From NCBI GenBank assembly GCA_946494015.1, contig CAMMBL010000004.1:1-38579 (forward strand): a stretch of 38,579 nt of DNA, read 5' to 3'. A program made the position numbers and the translations under genes. The DNA comes from an uncultured Mycoplasmatota bacterium. GTDB lineage: Bacteria; Bacillota_I; Bacilli_A; RF39; UBA660. Of the stretch, positions 1 through 8,193 are shown piece after piece. The notes under the pieces are model-generated. The model ran no database searches. It was not told where the DNA came from and saw only the letters and a list, made by a program, of their open reading frames with translations. Numbering within the stretch: position 1 is the first letter of the stretch; each line of letters starts with the position of its first letter.

Positions 1-212
1 ACAGACGAAAAAAAGTTATGAAGAAATAAAAAATCTAAGTAAAGTATGGACTCATCTAGAATTTAAAGAAAAAAGAACCATCATTGAAGGACTATTAGAT
101 AAAATAGTTGTTGATGGAAATACTTTAAAAATATACTGGAATGTTAGTGAGAACTAACATAAAAATTGTAGTGTTTTCTCTCCATATGTCTTATAGTCCG
201 ATGTAACACATA
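1..212. mobile_element. End of an integrative element (prophage/ICE/skin-like); att junction inferred at about 195-212 inside the permease gene
   Basis: The integrase 3' end is followed 33 bp later by the premature stop of a convergent permease that lacks its conserved C-terminus. The exact crossover cannot be fixed without the other end of the element. Confidence 0.65.
2..157 (+). CDS. C-terminal end of a large serine recombinase/integrase (5' part lies outside the window)
   Basis: Not in the ORF track. Frame 2 is open from the window edge and reads QTKKSYEEIKNLSKVWTHLEFKEKRTIIEGLLDKIVVDGNTLKIYWNVSEN*, with TAA at 155-157. The pattern W..L...EKR.II..L.DKI.V.G..LKIYW is typical of large serine recombinase C-termini. 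Confidence 0.8.
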   Translation, partial: QTKKSYEEIKNLSKVWTHLEFKEKRTIIEGLLDKIVVDGNTLKIYWNVSEN

Positions 213-817
213 CTAACATTTATCTTTAAGTTATTAATAATATTAGATAAATTATATGGAATTACAACCTTCATAAATATTTGATATTTATTAGCGCCTA
301 AACTTTTAAGTAGGGTAATATAATTTTGATCAGTTTCTTTAAAGTCATGGTAAACATTTATAATAGATAAAAATAAAGAAATTAATAAGGCCATAAATAT
401 AATAGAATTTGTACTAGCTCCAACCCAAATAATAATTAAAGGTCCAAGAGCAACTTTAGGTAGAGAATTTAAAACAGTTAAGTAAGGATCAAGTATATTT
501 GCTAACCTTTTAGAAAACCAAAGAAAAGTAGAAATCAGAAGTGAAATAATTGTAACGATTAAAAAGCTAACTATAGTTTCATATAAAGTAATACCAATAT
601 GTATAAATAAATCATTATCAGTAAAAAGATTAACTAAAGTATTTAAAACTAGACTAGGGCTAGATAAAAGAAAAGTATTAATAAGATTAAATTTTGCTAA
701 TAGTTCCCATCCTATAATGAACACTAGTAAAATTAATATTTGAAAACTAATAACAATAATTTTTTCTTTTTTTCTTTTTCTAAGAAATGCTTTATGTTCT
801 AAACTAAAGTTTGACAT
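191..817 (-). pseudogene. ytlD: ABC transporter permease (NitT/TauT family, YtlD-like), 3'-truncated by element insertion
   Basis: Has the NSLPKVALGPL motif and the EAA-like loop LKSLGANKYQIF. It ends at LKINVSMCYIGL*, where family members continue with G(V)I(V/M)GEFL..K.GLGY.. and a final TM helix. Length is 208 aa versus about 260-270 aa typical. Confidence 0.72.
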
Positions 818-1556
818 CTAAATCTCTCCATATCATTTCATAATAATAATTAAATTCTTTCTCTTTTCTATTATTAAATGGAGTAGAACGATTTTTATAA
901 TTAATATCATAGACTTTTTTTATTATGCAAGGTCTTCCAGTAAGTACAATAACTTTATCAGCCAAACTAACAGCTTCCCCAATATCATGAGTTACCATAA
1001 TTGCTGTTTTACCAAGTTCTTTAATCATTTTATAAACATCATCAGCAAGCATTACCCTTGTCATTGCATCAAGAGCTGAAAATGGTTCATCTAAAAGTAA
1101 TATATCAGGTTTAGTAGCAAGTGTTCTAATTAAAGCAGCTCTTTGCCTCATACCCCCAGATAGACTATCAGGAAATTTATCTTTAAAATCACTTAATCCA
1201 TAAATATCTAATAAACTTATAACATATTTTTTATCTTCATCAGTTACTTTTCCTTTTAATTTAAGACCTAATAAACAATTATCTAATATACTAAGCCAAG
1301 GAAATAAACTATCTTTTTGTAACATATAACCAACTTTAATATTATCATTAGAAAATTTAATATTACCACTAGATTTATTATCTAAATTAGCAAGTATTGA
1401 TAAAAGAGTACTTTTACCACAACCAGAAGGACCAACAATAACAATAAATTTTCCTTTTTCTACAGTTAAATTAATATCTTTAATCGCTTCTATTTCTCCA
1501 TCATTATCTTGATAATTTTTTGATAGATGTGTAATTTCTAAAATATTAGTTTTCAT
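804..1556 (-). CDS. ytlC: ABC transporter ATP-binding protein (NitT/TauT family, YtlC-like)
   Basis: Walker A GPSGCGKST, signature LSGGMRQR, Walker B LLLDEPF, H-loop VTHD. Overlaps both neighbours. Confidence 0.92.
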   Translation of the reverse strand: MKTNILEITHLSKNYQDNDGEIEAIKDINLTVEKGKFIVIVGPSGCGKSTLLSILANLDNKSSGNIKFSNDNIKVGYMLQKDSLFPWLSILDNCLLGLKLKGKVTDEDKKYVISLLDIYGLSDFKDKFPDSLSGGMRQRAALIRTLATKPDILLLDEPFSALDAMTRVMLADDVYKMIKELGKTAIMVTHDIGEAVSLADKVIVLTGRPCIIKKVYDINYKNRSTPFNNRKEKEFNYYYEMIWRDLDVKL

Positions 1557-2538
1557 ACATCAAGTCACTAAATGGAACTTTACTATCAAGCTCTTTAGCG
1601 TTAATCATTATATCTTGTAAGTGGTTAAATGATTCTTCTGTAAATTCAGTAGTTTTAGGCCAAGCATCAATAGAACGATATCTTGCAACTACTTTTGTTA
1701 AATCATCAAGTGAAGTATCAGGAAATTGATTAAGAATAGCTTTTGCTACTTCTTCATCAGATTTCTCATGAACAAAATCCAGTCCTTTTTGAATAGCCTT
1801 TTCAAAATTATCAATAAGTTCTTTATTATTATTTAAGTAGCTATCTCTTGCAAAGAATGAAGTATAAGGTACAACTCCTCCAAGTTCACCTAAACTTGCA
1901 ACCACATAACCGTATCCTTCTTTTTCAAGTTGTAGAGCGTTAGGTTCAAACAATGCTACAAAATCTCCAGTACCCCCAATAAAAGCACTACTCATTGCTG
2001 AAAAAGCAACAGAAGTATCGATATTGACATCTTTCTTAGGATCAATACCAGCATCAGTTAATGACCATTCTAAAGTCATCTCAGGCATACCACCAGCTCT
2101 ACCACCAATAATAGTTTTACCTTTTAAATCACTAAGTTTAAAATCTTTTATATCTTCACGAGCTACAATAAATGAACCATCTTTTTGAGTTAATTGTGCA
2201 AAAGTTTTTAAATAATCTTTCTCACCACCATTATAAACATAAATAGTTGCTTCACTACCAGCAAAACCAATATCAGCATCTCCAGCTAAAACAGCAGCAC
2301 TAACTTTATCAGCTCCACTAGCAAGTGTAAGTTCTATATCAATACCAAGATCATTAAAATAACCTTCTTCAATAGCTACGTACATAGGAGCGTAAAAAAT
2401 AGTATGGGCAACTTCAGCTAATTTAACCTTTTCTAGTGATTCATCATTTTTATTACTTTTATTTAAATTAAATAATACAGCACAAGCTAAAACAAAAATA
2501 ATTAAAATAGCAATTATATAAACAATCTTCTTTTTCAA
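1546..2538 (-). CDS. ytlA: ABC transporter substrate-binding protein (NMT1/THI5/SsuA-like, YtlA-like)
   Basis: N-terminal TM/signal segment. Motifs AEVAHTIFYAPMYVA, FAQLTQKDGSF, GGMPEM, GTGDFVALFEP and PYTS match my recollection of B. subtilis YtlA. TTG start with AGGAGG RBS. Confidence 0.85.
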   Translation of the reverse strand: MKKKIVYIIAILIIFVLACAVLFNLNKSNKNDESLEKVKLAEVAHTIFYAPMYVAIEEGYFNDLGIDIELTLASGADKVSAAVLAGDADIGFAGSEATIYVYNGGEKDYLKTFAQLTQKDGSFIVAREDIKDFKLSDLKGKTIIGGRAGGMPEMTLEWSLTDAGIDPKKDVNIDTSVAFSAMSSAFIGGTGDFVALFEPNALQLEKEGYGYVVASLGELGGVVPYTSFFARDSYLNNNKELIDNFEKAIQKGLDFVHEKSDEEVAKAILNQFPDTSLDDLTKVVARYRSIDAWPKTTEFTEESFNHLQDIMINAKELDSKVPFSDLMYEN

Positions 2539-2564
2539 ACTAAAATCCTCCTTTCAGTTCAAAG

Positions 2565-2592
2565 TATTATATGTAATTAATTTATCTTGGCT
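2565..2592 (-). promoter_or_regulatory. Putative promoter of the ytlACD operon
   Basis: Minus strand has CATATAATA (2573-2565), which fits both the SigK/SigE -10 CATAnnnTA and SigA TATAAT. The -35 is weak (TAGCCA). Confidence 0.4.
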
Positions 2593-2612
2593 ACATATAA
2601 AATAAATTTAGA

Positions 2613-2628
2613 TTACGAGTATTCGTAA
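2613..2628. promoter_or_regulatory. Palindromic operator candidate TTACGA-N4-TCGTAA
   Basis: Perfect 6-bp inverted repeat containing CpG, which is rare here. It sits in the divergent intergenic region ahead of an XRE regulator. Confidence 0.5.
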
Positions 2629-2690
2629 ATTTTAATTAATTACTTGTTTTTATAATTAGATCCATTATAATAAAAACATTGGAGGTTATT

Positions 2691-2978
2691 ATGGATATAA
2701 ATATTTTAAAAACATTAATGAAATTAAATGGGATTAATAGTTATTTACAATTATCAAAAGTAATATCTATACCATATACAACACTTTTAGATTTAATAAA
2801 TGGAAAAGGAGAAAGATTAAGTAATATTAAAATAATTGCTAATTATTTTAATGTGTCATTAGCTCTTTTAACTAATGAAGTAACAAAAGAATATATTGTT
2901 ATTAATGAAGATAATTCAATTGAATTTTTACCTCAAACATTTTATAATTCGTATCCAACAATTTTAATGCAAGCTTAA
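2691..2978 (+). CDS. XRE/Cro-C1 family helix-turn-helix regulator
   Basis: LKTLMKLNGINSYLQLSKVISIPYTTLLDLING...IANYFNVSL is an HTH_3-like pattern. ATG at 2691 follows GGAGG. Confidence 0.8.
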   Translation: MDINILKTLMKLNGINSYLQLSKVISIPYTTLLDLINGKGERLSNIKIIANYFNVSLALLTNEVTKEYIVINEDNSIEFLPQTFYNSYPTILMQA

Positions 2979-3032
2979 AGTGTTTCTTTAAAGTAAAAAG
3001 AATATATGATAAAATAAAAATGAGGTGAAAAT

Positions 3033-4040
3033 ATGAGTTTTTTTAGTAAATTAAAAGATAAATTTATCAAAAAGGAAGAAATAGAAATAAAAAAAGAGGA
3101 ACAAGAAAGCTTAGAAATATATGATAAAGGTTTAACTAAAAGTCGTAATGCCTTCTCATCTAAACTTTTAGATTTAACTAAAAGATATAGTAAAGTAAAT
3201 GAAGAATACTTTGAAGAATTAGAAGAAATTTTAATTATGGCTGATATAGGGGTTAATACTGTCATGAATATAATGGATAAATTAAGAAAAAGAGTAAAAG
3301 AAGAAAAGATAACAGATCCTACGCTTTTAAAAGAAATAATAGTTGATGAATTATTCATTATTTATGTAAGTGGAGAAGTATTATCTCAAGAACTACAAAG
3401 AGCATCTAAAAAACCTACAGTCTATCTATTTGTAGGAGTAAATGGAGTAGGGAAAACAACTACCATTGCTAAACTTGCTTTAAAAGAAAAAAAAGCTAAT
3501 AGAAAAGTTCTTTTAATCGCTGGTGATACCTTTAGAGCAGGTGCTGTTTCCCAATTGAAAGAATGGGCCAATAAATTAGAAGTTGATTTTTTTGGAAAAC
3601 AAGAAGGAGTAGATCCAGCCAGTGTTATTTATGAAGGTTTAGAATATGCCCTAAACAATAATATAGATACTGTTTTAATTGATACTGCTGGTAGACTTCA
3701 AAATAAAGCTAATCTCATGAGAGAGTTAGAAAAAATAAATAAAGTTATTGCTAAATTAATAGAAAATGCACCAAATGAAACTCTTTTAGTAGTTGATGCA
3801 ACAACAGGACAAAATGGTATTAGTCAAGCTAAAGCTTTTAAAGAAATAACTAATCTAACAGGAATAATACTAACAAAATTAGATGGAACCGCTAAAGGAG
3901 GTATTGTTCTAGCTATTAAAGAAGAAGTAAATTTACCAGTTAAATATATAGGGCTTGGAGAAACAGCTGAAGATTTACAAGAGTTTGATATTGAAAAATA
4001 TATATATAGTTTATTTAAAGATTTTATGGAGGAAAAATAA
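3033..4040 (+). CDS. ftsY: Signal recognition particle receptor FtsY
   Basis: GVNGVGKTTTIAKLA, GDTFRAGA, DTAGRLQ, DATTGQNG, TKLDGTAKGG. Confidence 0.98.
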   Translation: MSFFSKLKDKFIKKEEIEIKKEEQESLEIYDKGLTKSRNAFSSKLLDLTKRYSKVNEEYFEELEEILIMADIGVNTVMNIMDKLRKRVKEEKITDPTLLKEIIVDELFIIYVSGEVLSQELQRASKKPTVYLFVGVNGVGKTTTIAKLALKEKKANRKVLLIAGDTFRAGAVSQLKEWANKLEVDFFGKQEGVDPASVIYEGLEYALNNNIDTVLIDTAGRLQNKANLMRELEKINKVIAKLIENAPNETLLVVDATTGQNGISQAKAFKEITNLTGIILTKLDGTAKGGIVLAIKEEVNLPVKYIGLGETAEDLQEFDIEKYIYSLFKDFMEEK

Positions 4041-4342
4041 TGGGAAAAAGTGTAACTAAATTAAATCCTAAAGCAAACAATGTTAAAGAGAAGCAATTTA
4101 ATTATCTTAAAATTTTAATTTTATTTCAGTTTATCCTAACTATAGCCCTAATTATATTGGGAATTATTACTATTTTTAAAACAGATCTTATCTATATATT
4201 TGAAATGTTTTTAGGTATAACTCTTTTAATAATGGCCCTAAATAATACTTTAATATATAAAAGAAAAAGTCTAACATTTTTCTATATTATTATAGGCCTT
4301 GGTTCCATAATTTTAGCTATATTAAAATTATTAGGATTATAA
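4040..4342 (+). CDS. Small membrane protein (about 3 TM helices)
   Basis: Three hydrophobic segments. Coupled to ftsY by a TAATG overlap, with GGAGG RBS. Confidence 0.7.
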   Translation: MGKSVTKLNPKANNVKEKQFNYLKILILFQFILTIALIILGIITIFKTDLIYIFEMFLGITLLIMALNNTLIYKRKSLTFFYIIIGLGSIILAILKLLGL

Positions 4343-4343
4343 A

Positions 4344-4643
4344 ATGGAAGAATTATTCTATTACACAATGCTTTATGATATTTATGGAAGCCTTCTAACT
4401 GACAAACAAAAAATATATTTTGAAGAATATTATTTTAATAATCTATCTTTAAGTGAACTTGCTACTAGATATAATATCAGTAGAAATGCTATTCATAAAC
4501 AGTTAAAAGAAACTATAAATAAATTAGAAAATTATGAAGAAAAATTAAATATAGTTAAAAAGAACAAAATGTTAGAAGAACTATTAGCTAATATAAGTGA
4601 TGAAGAAATAAAGCGTAAATTACAAGAAGTAATTTCCCTTTAA
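4344..4643 (+). CDS. ylxM: YlxM/UPF0122 family protein
   Basis: LYDIYGSLLTDKQKIYFEEYYFNNLSLSELA...ISRNAIHKQLK...LENYEEKL is the UPF0122 signature; lies downstream of ftsY. Confidence 0.93.
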   Translation: MEELFYYTMLYDIYGSLLTDKQKIYFEEYYFNNLSLSELATRYNISRNAIHKQLKETINKLENYEEKLNIVKKNKMLEELLANISDEEIKRKLQEVISL

Positions 4644-4646
4644 CTC

Positions 4647-4675
4647 TTGTCACTTTTTCTTTTTAACGATATAAT
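4647..4675 (+). promoter_or_regulatory. SigA-type promoter of the HerA-like gene
   Basis: TTGTCA-N17-TATAAT. Confidence 0.7.
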
Positions 4676-4703
4676 TTATCTATAAGATAAAGGAGATAGT
4701 AAT

Positions 4704-6875
4704 ATGTTTGATAAAATAATCTACATTAGTGATGAAGGAGCAAATATTAAAGTAAAAGAAAATGCTGAAGTAGCTATAAACTTAATGAATTTGCATTTAA
4801 TCTTTGAAGATAATGAAAAAACAATTTTAGGAGAAGTAGATGATCTAGCTGATGGAGTTGTTAAAGCAAGATTTTTAGGAGAAATAGTAAATGGTAAACT
4901 AATTGGAGGAGTTTTAAGAAAACCGTCACTAGATGCTAAAATAAGAGTGATTAAGCAAGAAGAAATACCATTAATAGTAGGAGAAGATAAAACAGGAAAT
5001 ATGCCTTTTGGTGTTAGTCCTTATTACAATGATTTTCCTGTATATTTAGATGTTAACACTTTTTTTAGTAATCATTTCGCTATATTTGGTAATAGTGGTA
5101 GTGGTAAATCTTGTGGTATTTCAAGAATAATGCAAAATATGTTTGAAGATCAAAGATTATTTCCCTATAAATCAAATATTTTACTTTTTGATTCATCAGG
5201 TGAATATTATAATGCCTTTAAAAATTTAAGTAGTATAAACCCTAATTATAATTATCGTTTTATTACTACTAATGAAGTAGAACATAAAGGAGAACCATTA
5301 CGCCTACCTATTTTCTTACTTAATGAAGCTGATTTAGCTATTTTATTACAAGCTACAGAACATTCTCAATTACCAATTATTGAAAGAATGTTAAAACTAG
5401 CTAGAATTTTTGCAAGTACAGGAGTAGATGCCAATAAATATAAGAATCATTTAATAGCAAAAGCTATAATGACTATTTTATATACTAATCAAACTGCTCC
5501 TAATAAAAGAAATGAAGCTTTTTCTATCCTTAATAGTTGTTCTACTGATCAATTTAACTTAGAAGCTCCAGTACAAGGTATTGGATATGTTCGTAAATTT
5601 AGGGAATGTTTCTTAATAGATTCTCATGGTCAATTTTCAGAAAGTGTTTTATTAACAGAATATGTTTCTGGTTTTATTCATGATGAGTATGATAACTATG
5701 AACCTACTAAAGATTGTTATTATACCCTAGAAGATTTAGAAAAGGCCCTAAACTTTACTTTAATAAGTGAAGGATGGCTAAGAAATGAAAATACTTATGG
5801 TGATGCGGTAACATTAAAAGTAAGACTACATTCTTTAATAACTTCTAGTAATTCTAACTATTTTAAATGGGAACAAGGAACATATATTTCTCTTGATAGA
5901 TATTTATCAAGTTTAATGATTAATAATGGTAAAAAATATCAGTTAGTAAATATTAACTTAGATGATGTAGATGATGATTTTGCTAAAGTAATTACTAAAA
6001 TATATTCAAGATTACTTTTTGAATTTACTAAAGGATTAAAAGAAAGAGCTAGTATTCCTTTTCATATTTTTGTTGAAGAAGCTCACCGCTATATTCAAAA
6101 TGATAGAGATAGATTCTTAATAGGTTATAATATTTTTGAACGTATTGCTAAAGAAGGACGTAAATATGGTTTAATATTAGGACTTATTACTCAAAGACCA
6201 GTAGAAATGTCAGATACTGTTATATCACAATGTTCAAACTTTTTAATCTTTAAAATGAACCATCCAACTGATGTAGAATATATTAAAAAGATGGTACCAA
6301 ATATTTCTGATGAAATAGTAGAAAAACAAAAAAGTTTGCAATCTGGAACCTGTTTAGCATTTGGAAGTGCCTTTAAAATTCCTTTAATTGTTAAATTGAA
6401 AATGCCAGATCCAATGCCACTTAGTGGTAACTGTGATGTTGTTAAAATTTGGGATGGACATCAATCTAGTCAATCTAATGTAAATAATGAACCACAAACA
6501 AATTATCAAAATACTCAACCAATAAACACCAATATATCTCAAAATATTCAAGAACCAAGTAATTCTAATGTAAGTCAAATACCCGAAATAGATGCAATTC
6601 CAAGCCAAGTTCAACAATCTCAAAGTCTTAATACAGTCCAAGTTCAACCAACTCAAGTAGTTAATCCATCACCAATTCAAGAAGTACCAATAAATACGCA
6701 ACCTGTAAAAAATGACAATATTGTACCTATAACAGAAACAAAACAACCGCAAACAATTTTCAATATTAATGAAGGAATTTCTTCAGTTACTCCTAATGTA
6801 GAAACACCATCAGTTGAACCTAATTCTTCTTCATCAGTTAGTCCAATTCCTGAAATAGGTCCAATAAATAATTGA
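4704..6875 (+). CDS. HerA/DUF87 family ATPase with a long low-complexity C-terminal tail
   Basis: N-terminal HAS-barrel-like region, HFAIFGNSGSGKS (Walker A), LFDSSGEY, IFVEEAHRY (Walker B), RIAKEGRKYG and TQRP. The last ~135 aa are Q/N/P/S/T-rich. Confidence 0.9.
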   Translation: MFDKIIYISDEGANIKVKENAEVAINLMNLHLIFEDNEKTILGEVDDLADGVVKARFLGEIVNGKLIGGVLRKPSLDAKIRVIKQEEIPLIVGEDKTGNMPFGVSPYYNDFPVYLDVNTFFSNHFAIFGNSGSGKSCGISRIMQNMFEDQRLFPYKSNILLFDSSGEYYNAFKNLSSINPNYNYRFITTNEVEHKGEPLRLPIFLLNEADLAILLQATEHSQLPIIERMLKLARIFASTGVDANKYKNHLIAKAIMTILYTNQTAPNKRNEAFSILNSCSTDQFNLEAPVQGIGYVRKFRECFLIDSHGQFSESVLLTEYVSGFIHDEYDNYEPTKDCYYTLEDLEKALNFTLISEGWLRNENTYGDAVTLKVRLHSLITSSNSNYFKWEQGTYISLDRYLSSLMINNGKKYQLVNINLDDVDDDFAKVITKIYSRLLFEFTKGLKERASIPFHIFVEEAHRYIQNDRDRFLIGYNIFERIAKEGRKYGLILGLITQRPVEMSDTVISQCSNFLIFKMNHPTDVEYIKKMVPNISDEIVEKQKSLQSGTCLAFGSAFKIPLIVKLKMPDPMPLSGNCDVVKIWDGHQSSQSNVNNEPQTNYQNTQPINTNISQNIQEPSNSNVSQIPEIDAIPSQVQQSQSLNTVQVQPTQVVNPSPIQEVPINTQPVKNDNIVPITETKQPQTIFNINEGISSVTPNVETPSVEPNSSSSVSPIPEIGPINN

Positions 6876-6879
6876 ATTT

Positions 6880-6918
6880 AAGTACTTTGTTGTAAAAGTA
6901 CTTTTTCTTTGCTATAAT
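6880..6918 (+). promoter_or_regulatory. Hairpin AAGTACTTT/AAAGTACTT overlapping a SigA-type promoter
   Basis: Inverted repeat at 6880-6903 followed by T-run. TTGTAA(6890)-N17-TATAAT(6913) with an extended TG. Confidence 0.6.
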
Positions 6919-6944
6919 TAAAATAGGAAAGAAGGGATGTTTAA

Positions 6945-8192
6945 ATGTTTAAAAAAATTTTTAATAATAAACAAATATTAACAATCCTTCATAATACGCT
7001 AGAAAATGAAAAAACTAAAAATAAAGTTTCAAATGTTTCTATAAAAGGAGAAGAATATGCCTATAATCAATACTCCCTTTTAATAACTATGGATATGATA
7101 ATCAAATATAAAATTATTATAAATGATGATAAATATGATAACTATTTTATAAAAGAATTAGAACAAATAACAACTACTTATAAAAATCATCGTAACTTAG
7201 TAATATTATTTAATAAATTATTAATAGAAATTGTATGTAAAAAGTTAGAAATAACTGATAAAGAAAATATTGAAAATCAAAAACAAATAATTAATTATAT
7301 CTATGATAAATATATTGTAAATGGCTATTGTTTTCATAGCTTTCCATCATGTTTTAAAAGTGAAGTAGAAGAAAATGGTCTTAGTCAAAAAATAGATCAT
7401 AAAGAACAAAATCTCTTGAAAAAAATAAATTATATATTTAATAACCATAATTATAAAGATATAATACCTAAAAACTTAAAAAGTAAGACTAATCCTATAT
7501 ATATAACAGATTCTCCAGCGATGGCATACTATTATGGCTATAGAAGTCCATACTATTTAGCAACTATAACTTCTTTAAGTAAATATTATGAAAATATTAA
7601 GGATTATGATAAAGAAGCTTTCTATAGAAAAGATTATATTGCTTGTAAAAATAATTTATTAACATTATGTCAACATTTAAGAATGAGTCAAAAAGAACAA
7701 AATACAGTTATAAAGATCTTTATTAAGCAATGGAATACTTTAGATATTTCTAATAGTAAACCCTGTATAGCATTTATTAGAAGAAAAGATTTAGCTAAAG
7801 ATAAGCTTTCAGATATTGATAATATTATTTCTTTAATAGGTAAAGAAGATCTATATCTTTTAATTTCTAAAATAACAGATAGTAAATATCCAGTAGTTAG
7901 ACGTTATAGTGATATTGATCCTTTAGATATTAAAGTAATAACTCTACCAAGTTATCAAGAAATAAAAAGTAATAAATTTATAAAGAATGAGCAAAAACAA
8001 ATAAAAGAAAAAAAGCTAATTAAAGAAAAAACAAATAAAGAAATAGAAATAGAAGAAACTAGTGAACAAAAAGTATTTTATCCTAAATTTGCTTATAGTA
8101 TGGGAAGTGCTAATCTACTTGCTCTTAGTGGTTTATTCTTAATTACTCTAGGCATAATTTTAAGTATAATCATTAATATAGTTGGAGGTTAA
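6945..8192 (+). CDS. Hypothetical protein with C-terminal TM anchor; possible ADP-ribosyltransferase-like fold
   Basis: 415-aa ORF with RBS. Motifs YCFHSF......VEENGL and IYITDSPAMAYYYG. Hydrophobic C-terminal ~25 aa. Confidence 0.7.
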   Translation: MFKKIFNNKQILTILHNTLENEKTKNKVSNVSIKGEEYAYNQYSLLITMDMIIKYKIIINDDKYDNYFIKELEQITTTYKNHRNLVILFNKLLIEIVCKKLEITDKENIENQKQIINYIYDKYIVNGYCFHSFPSCFKSEVEENGLSQKIDHKEQNLLKKINYIFNNHNYKDIIPKNLKSKTNPIYITDSPAMAYYYGYRSPYYLATITSLSKYYENIKDYDKEAFYRKDYIACKNNLLTLCQHLRMSQKEQNTVIKIFIKQWNTLDISNSKPCIAFIRRKDLAKDKLSDIDNIISLIGKEDLYLLISKITDSKYPVVRRYSDIDPLDIKVITLPSYQEIKSNKFIKNEQKQIKEKKLIKEKTNKEIEIEETSEQKVFYPKFAYSMGSANLLALSGLFLITLGIILSIIINIVGG

Positions 8193-8193
8193 A

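Noticed and set aside
2975-3358. 127-aa minus-strand ORF
   Set aside because: Antisense shadow of ftsY; S/F/L-rich composition expected from an A-rich opposite strand.
6384-6656. 90-aa minus-strand ORF
   Set aside because: Antisense to the HerA gene, no RBS or family signal.
6470-6875. HerA tail as possible tandem repeat or frameshifted second gene
   Set aside because: Frame is continuous and no exact nucleotide repeat unit is visible; it is low complexity only.
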